NCBI GenBank assembly: GCA_033763905.1
Contig: JANRJP010000009.1
Location: forward strand, 1 to 64,000
From: Gemmatimonadaceae bacterium
GTDB lineage: Bacteria; Gemmatimonadota; Gemmatimonadetes; Gemmatimonadales; Gemmatimonadaceae
Direction of reading: 5' to 3'
DNA: 64,000 nucleotides
Below are positions 20,742 to 30,078 of this stretch, piece by piece. The notes under the pieces are model-generated. The model worked only from the letters and a program-made list of their open reading frames with translations, was not told where the DNA came from and did not search any database. The translations under genes were made by a program, and so were the position numbers. Position 1 is the first letter of the stretch. Each line of letters begins with the position of its first letter.

Positions 20742-21821
20742 GTGCGCATTGCAATTTCGACGGGTGGCGGCGACGCCCCCGGGCTCAACGCCGTCATTCG
20801 CGCGGCGGTCCTGTCGGCGCTAGGTCGGGGCTGGGAAGTGCTGGGGATCCGCAAGGGATTCGGCGGCTTGATGGGGGATGACGGGATCGTGACCCTCACC
20901 CGCGACAGCGTGCGCGGGATCGGTTCGATGGGCGGGACGATTCTGCGCACGACGAACCGCGGGAATCCGTTCTCGTGGCCGGTGCAGCAACCCGACGGCA
21001 GCTACGCGTCGGTGGATCGGTCGGATGAGGCGATCGCCCGCGCCAAGGAACTCGGCATCGATGCAATGATCCTCATCGGCGGCGACGGCACGCTGGCGAT
21101 CGGGCAGCAGCTGGTCGACAAGGGGATGCACGTTGTCGGCGTGCCCAAGACGATCGACAACGACGTCGCGGGCACGATCAGCACCTTCGGGTTTGATACC
21201 GCCGTCGGCACGGCGATCGACGCGATCGACAAGCTCAAGACGACAGCCGAGTCCCACGATCGCGTGATCGTGATGGAAGTGATGGGGCGCGATGCGGGCT
21301 TCATTGCGCTCTACGCCGGCCTCGCCGGCGGCGCGGACGCGATCCTGATTCCCGAGATCCCGTACAACGTCGACAAGGTCGCGCAGAAGGTGATGGAGCG
21401 CGAAAAGATGGGGCGCCATTTCTCGATCGTGGTCGTCGCCGAGGGCGCCACCGAGGTGGGCGGGTCGGTGAGCATCATCGGTGAGTCGATGCCTGGGCAG
21501 GCGCAGCGGTTGGGCGGTCTTGCCGGGCGCATCGCGTACCAGCTGCAGGAGAAGACCGGCAAGGAGTCGCGGTCGCTCGTGCTCGGTCACCTGCAGCGCG
21601 GCGGCACGCCGACCGGCTACGACCGAGTGCTCGCGGCGCGCTTTGGTGGCGCGGCGATTCGCGCCGTGGCCGACCGGAAGTGGGGCCATATGGTCGCGCT
21701 CAAGTCGCCGGACATCATCACGGTCCCGATGAAGGACGCGCTGTCCGAGACCAAGCGGGTTCCGCTCGACGGCGACATCGTGGCCACGTGTCGCGCGGTT
21801 GGGGTGTCGTTCGGCGACTGA
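20742..21821 (+). CDS. pfkA: 6-phosphofructokinase (PfkA family)
   Basis: TGGGDAPGLN, GGTILRT, GGDGT, PKTIDND, EVMGR and LGHLQRGG motifs. Confidence 0.95.
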   Translation: MRIAISTGGGDAPGLNAVIRAAVLSALGRGWEVLGIRKGFGGLMGDDGIVTLTRDSVRGIGSMGGTILRTTNRGNPFSWPVQQPDGSYASVDRSDEAIARAKELGIDAMILIGGDGTLAIGQQLVDKGMHVVGVPKTIDNDVAGTISTFGFDTAVGTAIDAIDKLKTTAESHDRVIVMEVMGRDAGFIALYAGLAGGADAILIPEIPYNVDKVAQKVMEREKMGRHFSIVVVAEGATEVGGSVSIIGESMPGQAQRLGGLAGRIAYQLQEKTGKESRSLVLGHLQRGGTPTGYDRVLAARFGGAAIRAVADRKWGHMVALKSPDIITVPMKDALSETKRVPLDGDIVATCRAVGVSFGD

Positions 21822-22038
21822 TCGGAGCCGATACTCCGGGACGTCGGGTGCCGCGTCGCGGCCGCCTCGGCGTCCCGCCGGTGGGACGGGGTCGTCCACA
21901 CGATGGGACGGCCCCGGTTTGCCGATCGGGGCGGTCGTCGTAACTTGTTTGCCCGCCGTGGCTTACGAGTCTCGGCCGAGGGGGTCGGCGTGGCACCCGA
22001 GTTGCAGAGTGCGGGGTGTCACCGTCTTGCGAGGGTCA

Positions 22039-23088
22039 ATGGTTCGTGCCGTGCTGATGTGGTCGCTGCTGAGCGCCGGGGTGCTGTCCGCCCAGGCCCG
22101 CGGAGGCGCGCGTCCGTCCGGTCCGGTCATCCCGTCGGCCGCCGGTGCCACCCGTCCGGCCCCGGAGCCCGCTCCGCCGGCGGCGAAGGCGTCGAGCGAC
22201 TCGGTGCCGAAGGGGTACGAACCACCGCCGGGGATGTGCCGCGTCTGGGTGGACGGCGTACCCCCCGACCGACAGCCGGCACCGACCGATTGCACCACGG
22301 CGGTGCGGAACCGGCCGAACAATGGTCGCGTGATCTTCGGTGCCGATTCCGATGGCGCGATTGCCCGCGCGAAGCGCCGCCTGCAGGGTGAGGATGTGGA
22401 CGCGCGACTGGAGCAGGGGCCGCGCCGCGATGGGCGCCGGACGCCGGCGACAGATGACGAGTTCCTGCAACGCCTCCAGTCGGGCGACATCTGCATCGAC
22501 CGCAACCACGACGGACGCTGTGACGACATCGCGGCGGGCTCCGATGGCTGCATCGATGCCAATCGCGACGGTCGCTGCGACGATGCGCGCTACGACCTGA
22601 ACTACATCTTCGGCGGTGCGCAGGGCGGTTCCAACATTCCGCCCGGCGCGCAAACGCGTTCGAGCTACGGCGGCCCGCCGTCGGGTGAAGGCGGCTTCCG
22701 GATGGGTTCGGTACTCGGGAGCGGCCCCACGCAGTCGCCCGGCTTGGGGAACGTCTTCTGCTTCGACCGCAACCACGACGGCCGTTGCGATGAACCCTGG
22801 AGCGACGGCGGCGCCTACCCACAGACGCTGCCCGAAATGGACGCGGTCACGCGGCTGCGCCGCGGGGAAGCGAGCTACGACCTGCAGCGCTGGCTCCGTC
22901 GCACCGACCTCGTGCCGCGCATCGTGCGCAACCGCAACAGCGGGCCGAACGGCGCGATCGAGCGGGTGACCTGGCTCGACCAGAATGGCGATATCGTGCA
23001 AGTCTGGACGGACCGCGATCTCGATGGCATCGCCGATCGCGTCGAGATCTACGCCGCCGGCCGTCGGGTCCAGCTGATCGAGCGCTAG
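22039..23088 (+). CDS. Secreted hypothetical protein with Cys-flanked DxNxDG repeats
   Basis: Signal peptide from ATG 22039; PPPGMCRVW motif; three CxDxNxDGRCD repeats; C-terminal DRDLDG. Confidence 0.75.
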   Translation: MVRAVLMWSLLSAGVLSAQARGGARPSGPVIPSAAGATRPAPEPAPPAAKASSDSVPKGYEPPPGMCRVWVDGVPPDRQPAPTDCTTAVRNRPNNGRVIFGADSDGAIARAKRRLQGEDVDARLEQGPRRDGRRTPATDDEFLQRLQSGDICIDRNHDGRCDDIAAGSDGCIDANRDGRCDDARYDLNYIFGGAQGGSNIPPGAQTRSSYGGPPSGEGGFRMGSVLGSGPTQSPGLGNVFCFDRNHDGRCDEPWSDGGAYPQTLPEMDAVTRLRRGEASYDLQRWLRRTDLVPRIVRNRNSGPNGAIERVTWLDQNGDIVQVWTDRDLDGIADRVEIYAAGRRVQLIER

Positions 23089-23118
23089 TCGCACGGCACA
23101 ACCCTGCGCGGCGCGTTA

Positions 23119-25905
23119 TTGTCCGTCGTGCGCGACATTCGAGACCAGTATCTCCCCCCGGACCACGACGCCTTCGTCCGGGCCGGCGCCGACACCGGGC
23201 GCGTCATCATCGTCGCGCCCACACGCGCGGCCTGCGAAACGATCGAGCTCGCGTTCACGCTCGACCTCGAGACCTTCCTGCTTCGCACCAAACGCGATCC
23301 GCTGATGCGGATGGCGCGCAGCGGACGCGGCTTCGGCATCGTCGCCGGCACCGGCACCGGCAAGACGCTCGCGGTCAAACCGATCGCGCAACAGATCTTG
23401 AAGACGCAGGATCTGCGCGTCGGTGTCGTCAATCGCGAGCGCGAAGCCACGCCCGAAACCCCGACGTGGAACGTCGTCATCGTGACGACCGGCATCGCGC
23501 GCCGCTGGTTCCAGGACCACGCGATTCGCCCGCAAGACACCCTGGTCGTCGACGAGATTCACCAGACGTCGGCCGAGTTGGAGCTGATTCTTGCGCTCGG
23601 CAAGCGCACCGGCGTGCGCTTCGTGTGGTTGTCGGCGACGGTGGACCCGACGTTCTACTCGAAGTACCTCGACACGCCGGATGTGCTCGAGGTCAACGCC
23701 TTCGATCCCAAGAAGGCGGCGCAGGTGAAGGTCATCAACACGAATCCGATCGAGTTCCTCGACGAGCGATTCCTGCGCCAGGTGCAGAAGGAGCGGCGCG
23801 GCGTCGCGGTGTTTCTGCCCACGCGCGCTGCCGTCGAGCAGGTCTCGGCGGCGATCGGTGACCGCTGGCCGATGATCACCACTGCGCACTATCACGGCGG
23901 CGAACCCATTCGCGTGATTCGGCCGTTTCTGGAAGGCGAAGTCCCCAAGCCGTTCGTCCTGGCAATGACCGCTGCGGGGCAGAGCGCGATCACCGTGCCC
24001 GGCCTGGACACGGTGATCATCGACGACTCGCGCTTTGCGAATCAGATCCAGCGCGGCAAGAACGTGCTGACGCGCGTGAACCTCGGCGCGAACGAACTGT
24101 TGCAGATGGCGGGGCGCGTGCACGGCCGCGTCGAGAATGGTCGCGTGTTCATTCTGAGTGACCGCGATCTGCGATTCGAGTCGCTCAAGCCGGTGATTCC
24201 GGAGTTCCAGTTGGCCGGCGACAGCGAGCGCGTGGCGCTGACCTGCGCCGACCTGGGCGTGCGGGCCGACGATCTGGATCTGCCGGTGGCGTTGGATCGC
24301 GGCGCGTACAAGGCGGCGGTGCAGCACCTCGAGTCACGCGGCATCATCGAAAATGGGCGACTCACCCGATATGGGCGTGACGTCGAGAAGCTGCCGGTGG
24401 AACGGCCCTGGGCCGAGCTGCTCGTGCACGCGGATGATGCGCTGGTGCCGATCGTGAGCGTGATGGCGAGCATCGAGTCCTTGCACCGGATGACGCGCGA
24501 AGATCGCGACTTGGGCGGGCTCATCGTGGCGGGCTCCGATCACCTCACGGCCTACAACCTGTATGCGTCGGCCTTCCGTCGCTGCGGCTACGTGGGCGAC
24601 GTGTACGGTTTGCCTCGGCATTTGTTCTACGAGGAGATCGCCGACTGGGCCGAGCGTCGCGGCGTGCTGGTGAAGGCGCTGGAAGACGCGGCGTTGGCGA
24701 TGGCGAGCGTGTATCGCGCGCTGTCGATGCCGCTACCGGCCGAAATGCCGCAGGCCGGCGATGCCGAACTGCGCGCGTGGCGCGAGTTGCTGGCCAAGTA
24801 TATGCCGTTCGATCTGGTGATCGAAGAAGAAACCGCCGACGGCCAGCACGCGCGCGTGAGCAAGACCAGTGTGTGTGGGTCGTGGGGCGCGGTGGCCGGT
24901 ACGCTGCGCTTCTTCGCCGACCGCTTCGGGACGCCGCGCGCAAGCATTGAAGGCACGCAGCTGCCGGTCGATATGCTGCGCCGCCACGCGACGCGGCATC
25001 CGCCGCGCCTGCTGTACGATGTGAAGCGGCGCTACGACCCGCTCGTGCTCGAACGGCGGGTCGAGTATCACGGCTTCGATCTCGAACGTGAGACCGAAAC
25101 GCTGGATGTGTTTCCCGCCGAGCGCGAAGACGAAGCGCGCGAGATCCTGTCGCTCGCGTTGGCACGCGGTTATGCGCAGCACGGCGCGGTCAAGCGCAAT
25201 CACGTGGCGATCGAAGAAGTGCGTGAGCTTTGGCGTCGAAGCGGCGGTACCACGCCGCGGCTGGGCGAACAGGAGCTGGCGGCCGCGTACAAGTCCCAGC
25301 TGGCGACGGTGCGCGATATGCGCGGCTTCAAGTCGGCGCCGCTGGTGCTGAGTGTGGAGCAGTTCGTCCCGCGCGAGGTGCGGGCGCCGTTGCTGGAGCT
25401 GCCGAACGCGGTGGAGATTCGCGACCGCGTGGTGCCGCTCGACTACGACGTCGAAGAGACGCCGGAGGGCGTACGGGGCGTGGTACGGCTGCGCTTGCCC
25501 GAGAAGCTCGCGCGGACGTTGGTGGCCGAGGAGATCCCGGTGCTGGATCGGCCGGTGCGCTTTACGGTGTTGCGTGGGCAGCGCGGCGCGGTGCGGGCCG
25601 ATTCGCTCGACGACTTGCTCGAGGCGCTGGACGCGCCGTGGTCACCGGACGAGGTGGCGCCGACGCGTGAGTCGGAGGATCGGCAGGGTGGCGACGAGCG
25701 CGCGGTGCGGACCTTGGCGAAGCAGTTCAAGCGCTTTCGCGATGGCGGTGGTCGCGACGGCGGCGGTCGCAGCGGTGGTCGTGGCGGTGGTCGTGGCGGC
25801 GGCGGCGGTGGCGGCCGCGGTGGGCGCGATCACGAGTCGCGCGATCGCGGCGGGCGTCCGCCGGGCAAGTTCGGGCGTGGCGGCGGGAAGAAGCGGGGGC
25901 GCTAA
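23119..25905 (+). CDS. DExH-box (HrpA/HrpB-like) SF2 helicase with RGG-rich tail
   Basis: GTGTGKT, DEIH, SAT, VFLPTR and QMAGRVHGR motifs; Gly/Arg-rich C-terminus. Confidence 0.88.
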   Translation: MSVVRDIRDQYLPPDHDAFVRAGADTGRVIIVAPTRAACETIELAFTLDLETFLLRTKRDPLMRMARSGRGFGIVAGTGTGKTLAVKPIAQQILKTQDLRVGVVNREREATPETPTWNVVIVTTGIARRWFQDHAIRPQDTLVVDEIHQTSAELELILALGKRTGVRFVWLSATVDPTFYSKYLDTPDVLEVNAFDPKKAAQVKVINTNPIEFLDERFLRQVQKERRGVAVFLPTRAAVEQVSAAIGDRWPMITTAHYHGGEPIRVIRPFLEGEVPKPFVLAMTAAGQSAITVPGLDTVIIDDSRFANQIQRGKNVLTRVNLGANELLQMAGRVHGRVENGRVFILSDRDLRFESLKPVIPEFQLAGDSERVALTCADLGVRADDLDLPVALDRGAYKAAVQHLESRGIIENGRLTRYGRDVEKLPVERPWAELLVHADDALVPIVSVMASIESLHRMTREDRDLGGLIVAGSDHLTAYNLYASAFRRCGYVGDVYGLPRHLFYEEIADWAERRGVLVKALEDAALAMASVYRALSMPLPAEMPQAGDAELRAWRELLAKYMPFDLVIEEETADGQHARVSKTSVCGSWGAVAGTLRFFADRFGTPRASIEGTQLPVDMLRRHATRHPPRLLYDVKRRYDPLVLERRVEYHGFDLERETETLDVFPAEREDEAREILSLALARGYAQHGAVKRNHVAIEEVRELWRRSGGTTPRLGEQELAAAYKSQLATVRDMRGFKSAPLVLSVEQFVPREVRAPLLELPNAVEIRDRVVPLDYDVEETPEGVRGVVRLRLPEKLARTLVAEEIPVLDRPVRFTVLRGQRGAVRADSLDDLLEALDAPWSPDEVAPTRESEDRQGGDERAVRTLAKQFKRFRDGGGRDGGGRSGGRGGGRGGGGGGGRGGRDHESRDRGGRPPGKFGRGGGKKRGR

Positions 25906-25914
25906 ACTCGCGCG

Positions 25915-26223
25915 TTAGGCCCCGAGCCGGCGCATGAGCATCTCCACCGCGTCCTTGGATTCCTTGAGGCCCTGCCCGGTGGCTTCGCGATAGAGCTTGA
26001 TCGCGTCGATCAAGTTGCCGGCGCGAATGTGGGCCTCGAGTTCCGCGAGGGCGGTCCCGATCATTTCGCGCTGCCGACCGCCGGTGGCCTCTTCGATCGC
26101 GCGCGACGGCGTTGACGGCGCGATCATCGTGACCGTGCGCGTCTCCTTGGGAGCGGTGAAGCGGCGGATCAGGTAGCCGAGCACGGCGCCAATGACGGCA
26201 TACATCCACGGGGCAATGGTCAT
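25915..26223 (-). CDS. Small membrane-anchored protein with ribosomal L7/L12-like C-terminal motif
   Basis: N-terminal TM segment followed by IDAIKLYREATGQGLKESKDAVE. Confidence 0.75.
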   Translation of the reverse strand: MTIAPWMYAVIGAVLGYLIRRFTAPKETRTVTMIAPSTPSRAIEEATGGRQREMIGTALAELEAHIRAGNLIDAIKLYREATGQGLKESKDAVEMLMRRLGA

Positions 26224-26741
26224 TGGGGCTCCTCGGGTAGGTCGGTCTCGTACTGTTCCTGGCGAAAGCGCTCGAAGCCGCGCATTTCGTAGCTCCGGAG
26301 CGCGTGCGGATGATCCAGCGTGCAGGTGTGCAGCCAGACGTGCGTGGCGTACATCGCGAAGGCTTCGTCGACCACGGCGGTGAGGAAGCCCTTGCCCAAG
26401 CCCACGCCGATCGCGTCGGGCACGAGCCCGAAGTACACGATCTCCACCGCGCCGTCGTCGTGGCGCTCGAGTTCGGCGAAGCCAAGAAACGCGTCGCCTT
26501 GTTCAAGCCGCAGCACGCGGACGGTCGGGCGGTTCAGGTGTGCCGCGAGCTGGTCGTCGCTCCAGGCGAGGCGATCGACCCAGTGCCAAGGACCGCCCAC
26601 GTCGCGGTACATCGCTCGGCTCATCGGGACCAGGCAGGGCATCACGCTGCGAACGACAACGCCCGGTGGTAGTGGGGCCCGATGCAAGGCCAGGTGCTTC
26701 TTGAGGCGCAGGTAGGTGCGCGTCACGGTCACGCGGGGCAT
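26220..26741 (-). CDS. GNAT family N-acetyltransferase
   Basis: YFGLVPDAIGVGLGK acetyl-CoA motif and VWLHTCTLDHPHALRSYEMRGF. Confidence 0.88.
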   Translation of the reverse strand: MPRVTVTRTYLRLKKHLALHRAPLPPGVVVRSVMPCLVPMSRAMYRDVGGPWHWVDRLAWSDDQLAAHLNRPTVRVLRLEQGDAFLGFAELERHDDGAVEIVYFGLVPDAIGVGLGKGFLTAVVDEAFAMYATHVWLHTCTLDHPHALRSYEMRGFERFRQEQYETDLPEEPQ

Positions 26742-26810
26742 CCCCAACGATACCCCGCCGCGCGTGGGAATGCCCTGCCACGTCAGGGGCGTTGCGGTGT
26801 AGGATTCACC

Positions 26811-27872
26811 GTGCCCCGACGACTCGCGCGGCTCCGGCTGCTCCCGTCCCTGCTGCTGACCGCGTGCGCGCTGCCCGCGCAGTCGGCGAATCACACGCTC
26901 ACCGCCGTCCGCGGCCTGCGCGTGGGGCACTTCACGCTCGCCGGTCGCCCGACGGGATGCACGGTGATTCTCACCGATGCCGGCACTGGCGTCGGGGCGG
27001 TGGCGGCGGTGGATGTGCGCGGCGCCGCGCCGGGCACGCGCGAGACCGATCTGCTGCGCCCCGAGAACACGGTGCAGAACGCGCACGCGATCGTGCTGAG
27101 CGGCGGGAGCGCCTTCGGGCTCGATGCGGCGAGCGGCACGGTGCGCTGGTTGGAAGAACGCGGCGTCGGCTTTGACGTGGGTGTCGCCAAGGTCCCGATT
27201 GTTCCGGCGGCGATTCTGTTCGATCTGGGCGTCGGCGATGCGAAGATTCGACCGGATGCCGAGTGCGGGTACAAGGCCGCGGCCGCGGCCACGGACGCTC
27301 CGGTAATCGAAGGCGATGTGGGTGCGGGCGCCGGCGCCACTGTCGGCAAGCTCGCGGGCCGGGGCCGCGCGATGAAGGCCGGTGTAGGCAGCGCGGCGAT
27401 CTCGCTACCCGGGGGCGTGGTGGTCGGCGCGATCGCGGCAGTGAACGCGGTGGGTGATGTGATCGACCCGAGCACCGGGCGTGTGATTGCCGGGGTGCGC
27501 ACGAGCGATGGCGCATCGCTCGCCGACGCGCGGCAATTGCTCCGTGCGGGCGGCACGGGTCTGCGGGGCGATGGCGCCAACACGACGCTCGTGGTCGTGG
27601 CGACCAACGTGCGGCTCACCAAGGTCCAGGCGACGAAGATCGCGCAGATGGCGCACGATGGCTTGGCGCGCGCGATCGCGCCGGTGCACACGCCGATGGA
27701 CGGCGACATCGTCTTTGCGCTGGCGACGGGCACGAACGACAGCCCGCCGGACGTGGCGCGACTCGGCGCGCTCGCGGCCGATGTCGTCGCCGAGGCGATC
27801 GTGCGCGCGGCGACGCAGTCGCGCGGGCTACCGGGCCTGCCGTCGGCGTCGCAGCTGCGGCGTCCGCGCTAG
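26811..27872 (+). CDS. DmpA-like peptidase (family S58/P1)
   Basis: VDVRGAAPGTRETDLL, LSGGSAFGL, GANTTL autocleavage motif, PVHTPMDGD. Signal-like N-terminus. Confidence 0.9.
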   Translation: MPRRLARLRLLPSLLLTACALPAQSANHTLTAVRGLRVGHFTLAGRPTGCTVILTDAGTGVGAVAAVDVRGAAPGTRETDLLRPENTVQNAHAIVLSGGSAFGLDAASGTVRWLEERGVGFDVGVAKVPIVPAAILFDLGVGDAKIRPDAECGYKAAAAATDAPVIEGDVGAGAGATVGKLAGRGRAMKAGVGSAAISLPGGVVVGAIAAVNAVGDVIDPSTGRVIAGVRTSDGASLADARQLLRAGGTGLRGDGANTTLVVVATNVRLTKVQATKIAQMAHDGLARAIAPVHTPMDGDIVFALATGTNDSPPDVARLGALAADVVAEAIVRAATQSRGLPGLPSASQLRRPR

Positions 27873-27899
27873 CCGACCCGTTCGCCGAATGTCACGCGG

Positions 27900-29300
27900 A
27901 TGCTGATCGCGCTGCTGCTCGGCTACGCGGCGGCGCAGATCGCGCTCGGGCTCTGGCTCGCGCGTGCCGTGCGAGGCGCGTCGGGATTCTTCGTGGCCGA
28001 TCGCGCGCTGGGTCCGGGGCTGCTCTTTGCCACGCTGCTGGCGGCCAACGTCGGCGCGGGCTCCACGGTGGGGGCCACCGGTCTGGGCTATACGCACGGG
28101 CTGGCCGCGTGGTGGTGGGTGGGGGCGGCGGCGATCGGTTCGGCCGTACAGGCGATGTGGGTCGGTCCCCGGATGCGCGCCGACAGTGCGCGACACGACT
28201 TGCGGACGATGGGCGATTGGCTCGCGTGGCGGTACGACGCCGCGACGCGAGGGGCGGTGGCGGTGATGTTGTGGGCGGGTTCGCTCGCGATTCTCGCGGG
28301 GCAGTTGATTGCGATGGCGTGGGTGCTCGAGGCCATCACCGGGATGCCCAAGTGGAGCGGCGCACTCTTGGGCGGTGCGGTGGTGATGGCCTACTTCGCG
28401 AGCGGCGGACTGCGCGGCGCTGTTGGCGTGAATGTGGTGCAGGTGACGGTGAAGGTGATTGGCTTCGGCGTGGCGCTGCCGTTGGTGTTGGCGGCGGCGG
28501 GGGGCTGGCAGGTGACGCTCGACGGCGCGGCGTCGCGCGGGCTGGCGGACCTCTGGCGGCACGAGCAGATCGGCTGGCCGCTGGTGTTCGTGCTGGGGCC
28601 GGCGTTCATCGTGTCGCCGGGGCTGATCCAAAAAGTGTTCGGCGCGCGCGACGATGCCGCAGTGCGCGTCGGCGTTGGGGCGAATGCGCTGGCGCTGCTG
28701 TGCTTTGCGCCGATGCCGGCGCTGTTCGGAATGGCCGCCCGCGCGCTGCATCCCGATTTGAGCAACGCCGAGCTGGCGTTGCCGACCCTGATGGTGCAGG
28801 ACCTGCCGCCGGCGGTCGGGGCGCTCGCGCTGGCCGCGTTGTTCAGTGCGGAACTGAGTGCGGCCGATGCGGTGCTCTTTATGCTGAGCACGTCGCTGGC
28901 GCGGGATCTCTGGCAGCGCACGCTGCATCCGACGGCCACCGACGACCAGGTCCTCCGCGTGGTGCGGCTCGCGGCGGTCGGCGCGGCCGCGATCGGGGTG
29001 GCAATCGCCGTGGCGGCGCCGAGCGTGGTGGGGAGTCTGTCGCTGTTCTACTCGCTGATGAGTGCCGGGCTGTTCGTGCCGGTGGTGCTGGGGCTCGCCT
29101 GGCCCTCCGTCGGCGGGCGGGCGGGCGTGGCGGCGGTGCTGGCGGGGGCGGCCGGAATGCTGGTGGCTCGATACGGCGTTGCGCCGTCGGTGTGGCCCTC
29201 GTGGTGCCCGCCGAGCCTGGTGGGAATCGGCTGTTCGGGACTCACCTTTTTGGCGTATGGACTTATTGGACCAAAACGGGAGCGGCCGGCGCGGGATTGA
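27900..29300 (+). CDS. Sodium:solute symporter family protein
   Basis: Multiple TM helices, FFVADRALG, AANVGAG and SAELSAAD motifs. Confidence 0.9.
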   Translation: MLIALLLGYAAAQIALGLWLARAVRGASGFFVADRALGPGLLFATLLAANVGAGSTVGATGLGYTHGLAAWWWVGAAAIGSAVQAMWVGPRMRADSARHDLRTMGDWLAWRYDAATRGAVAVMLWAGSLAILAGQLIAMAWVLEAITGMPKWSGALLGGAVVMAYFASGGLRGAVGVNVVQVTVKVIGFGVALPLVLAAAGGWQVTLDGAASRGLADLWRHEQIGWPLVFVLGPAFIVSPGLIQKVFGARDDAAVRVGVGANALALLCFAPMPALFGMAARALHPDLSNAELALPTLMVQDLPPAVGALALAALFSAELSAADAVLFMLSTSLARDLWQRTLHPTATDDQVLRVVRLAAVGAAAIGVAIAVAAPSVVGSLSLFYSLMSAGLFVPVVLGLAWPSVGGRAGVAAVLAGAAGMLVARYGVAPSVWPSWCPPSLVGIGCSGLTFLAYGLIGPKRERPARD

Positions 29301-29351
29301 TTCGGTTAACGAAACGCCAATGTGTTGTGCAGCAATGATTTAACAACACCC

Positions 29352-29380
29352 TTGCGCTTTGTACCGTACAGTCCTAATAT
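29352..29380 (+). promoter_or_regulatory. Sigma70-type promoter of TetR gene (probably leaderless) with internal palindrome
   Basis: TTGCGC-17 nt-TAATAT, with the -10 ending 6 nt before GTG 29387. TGTAC-C-GTACA palindrome in the spacer (29360-29370). Confidence 0.7.
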
Positions 29381-29386
29381 CGGGCT

Positions 29387-29980
29387 GTGAATAATCGCCG
29401 CGCCCAAATTGTCGATGCCGCCGCCGTGCTGATCTCCGAGCGCGGCTACCAGAGCACGTCGGTCGACGACGTGATCCGGCATTCCGGCTTGAGTGGCAAG
29501 AGCCACTTCTACCACTACTTCAAGAGCAAGGAAGAACTCGGCTACGAGGTGCTCAACCGCACCTTCGAGCGCTTCACCGAGCGCGGCCTCGCGATTCTGC
29601 GCGAGCCGATGATCGATCCGCTGGATCGCCTCGGGCTCTTCATCGATTCGCTCGTCGCCTCGATGGCGGCGCGGCAGTGCAAGGGCGGTTCGCCCTTCGG
29701 CAACCTGGCCGCAGAAATGGCGGACGCGCACGAAGGTTTCCGCGCCCGCATCGACCTCGTCTTCGAGCGCTGGGCCAGTCAGATCCAGTCGCTCTTGTGG
29801 GAAGCACGTCCTCGGCTCGTCGAGAACGTCGATGCGGCGCGGATGTCGCGCTTCATCATCGCCACGCTCGAAGGCGCGACGTTGATGTCGCGCGTGAAGA
29901 AGGACATCTCGATCATGGAAGGGATTGCGGCGGACCTCAAGCGGTTCGTCCACTTCCACGTGCGCGAGGGTGCGCAGTGA
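29387..29980 (+). CDS. TetR/AcrR family transcriptional regulator
   Basis: N-terminal HTH (TSVDDVIRHSGLSGKSHFYHYFKSKEEL) and GSPFGNLAAEM C-domain. Confidence 0.93.
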   Translation: MNNRRAQIVDAAAVLISERGYQSTSVDDVIRHSGLSGKSHFYHYFKSKEELGYEVLNRTFERFTERGLAILREPMIDPLDRLGLFIDSLVASMAARQCKGGSPFGNLAAEMADAHEGFRARIDLVFERWASQIQSLLWEARPRLVENVDAARMSRFIIATLEGATLMSRVKKDISIMEGIAADLKRFVHFHVREGAQ

Positions 29981-30078
29981 CGCGCCGGGCCAGCGTGGCG
30001 CGAGTGCCGGACCGAGCGGGCAGTGTTGCCCGACCGGAGTCGTGGACGACACCGCCGGCACGTCCGGCAGAGGACGAG

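Noticed and set aside
22490..22795. Repeated TCGACCGCAACCACGACGG as a CRISPR or mobile repeat
   Set aside because: Only two or three in-frame copies encoding a protein repeat; no regular spacers and no cas genes.
25915..26223. Ribosomal protein L7/L12 (rplL)
   Set aside because: Only the short C-terminal motif matches; the protein has an N-terminal TM segment and no rplJ/rpoB context.
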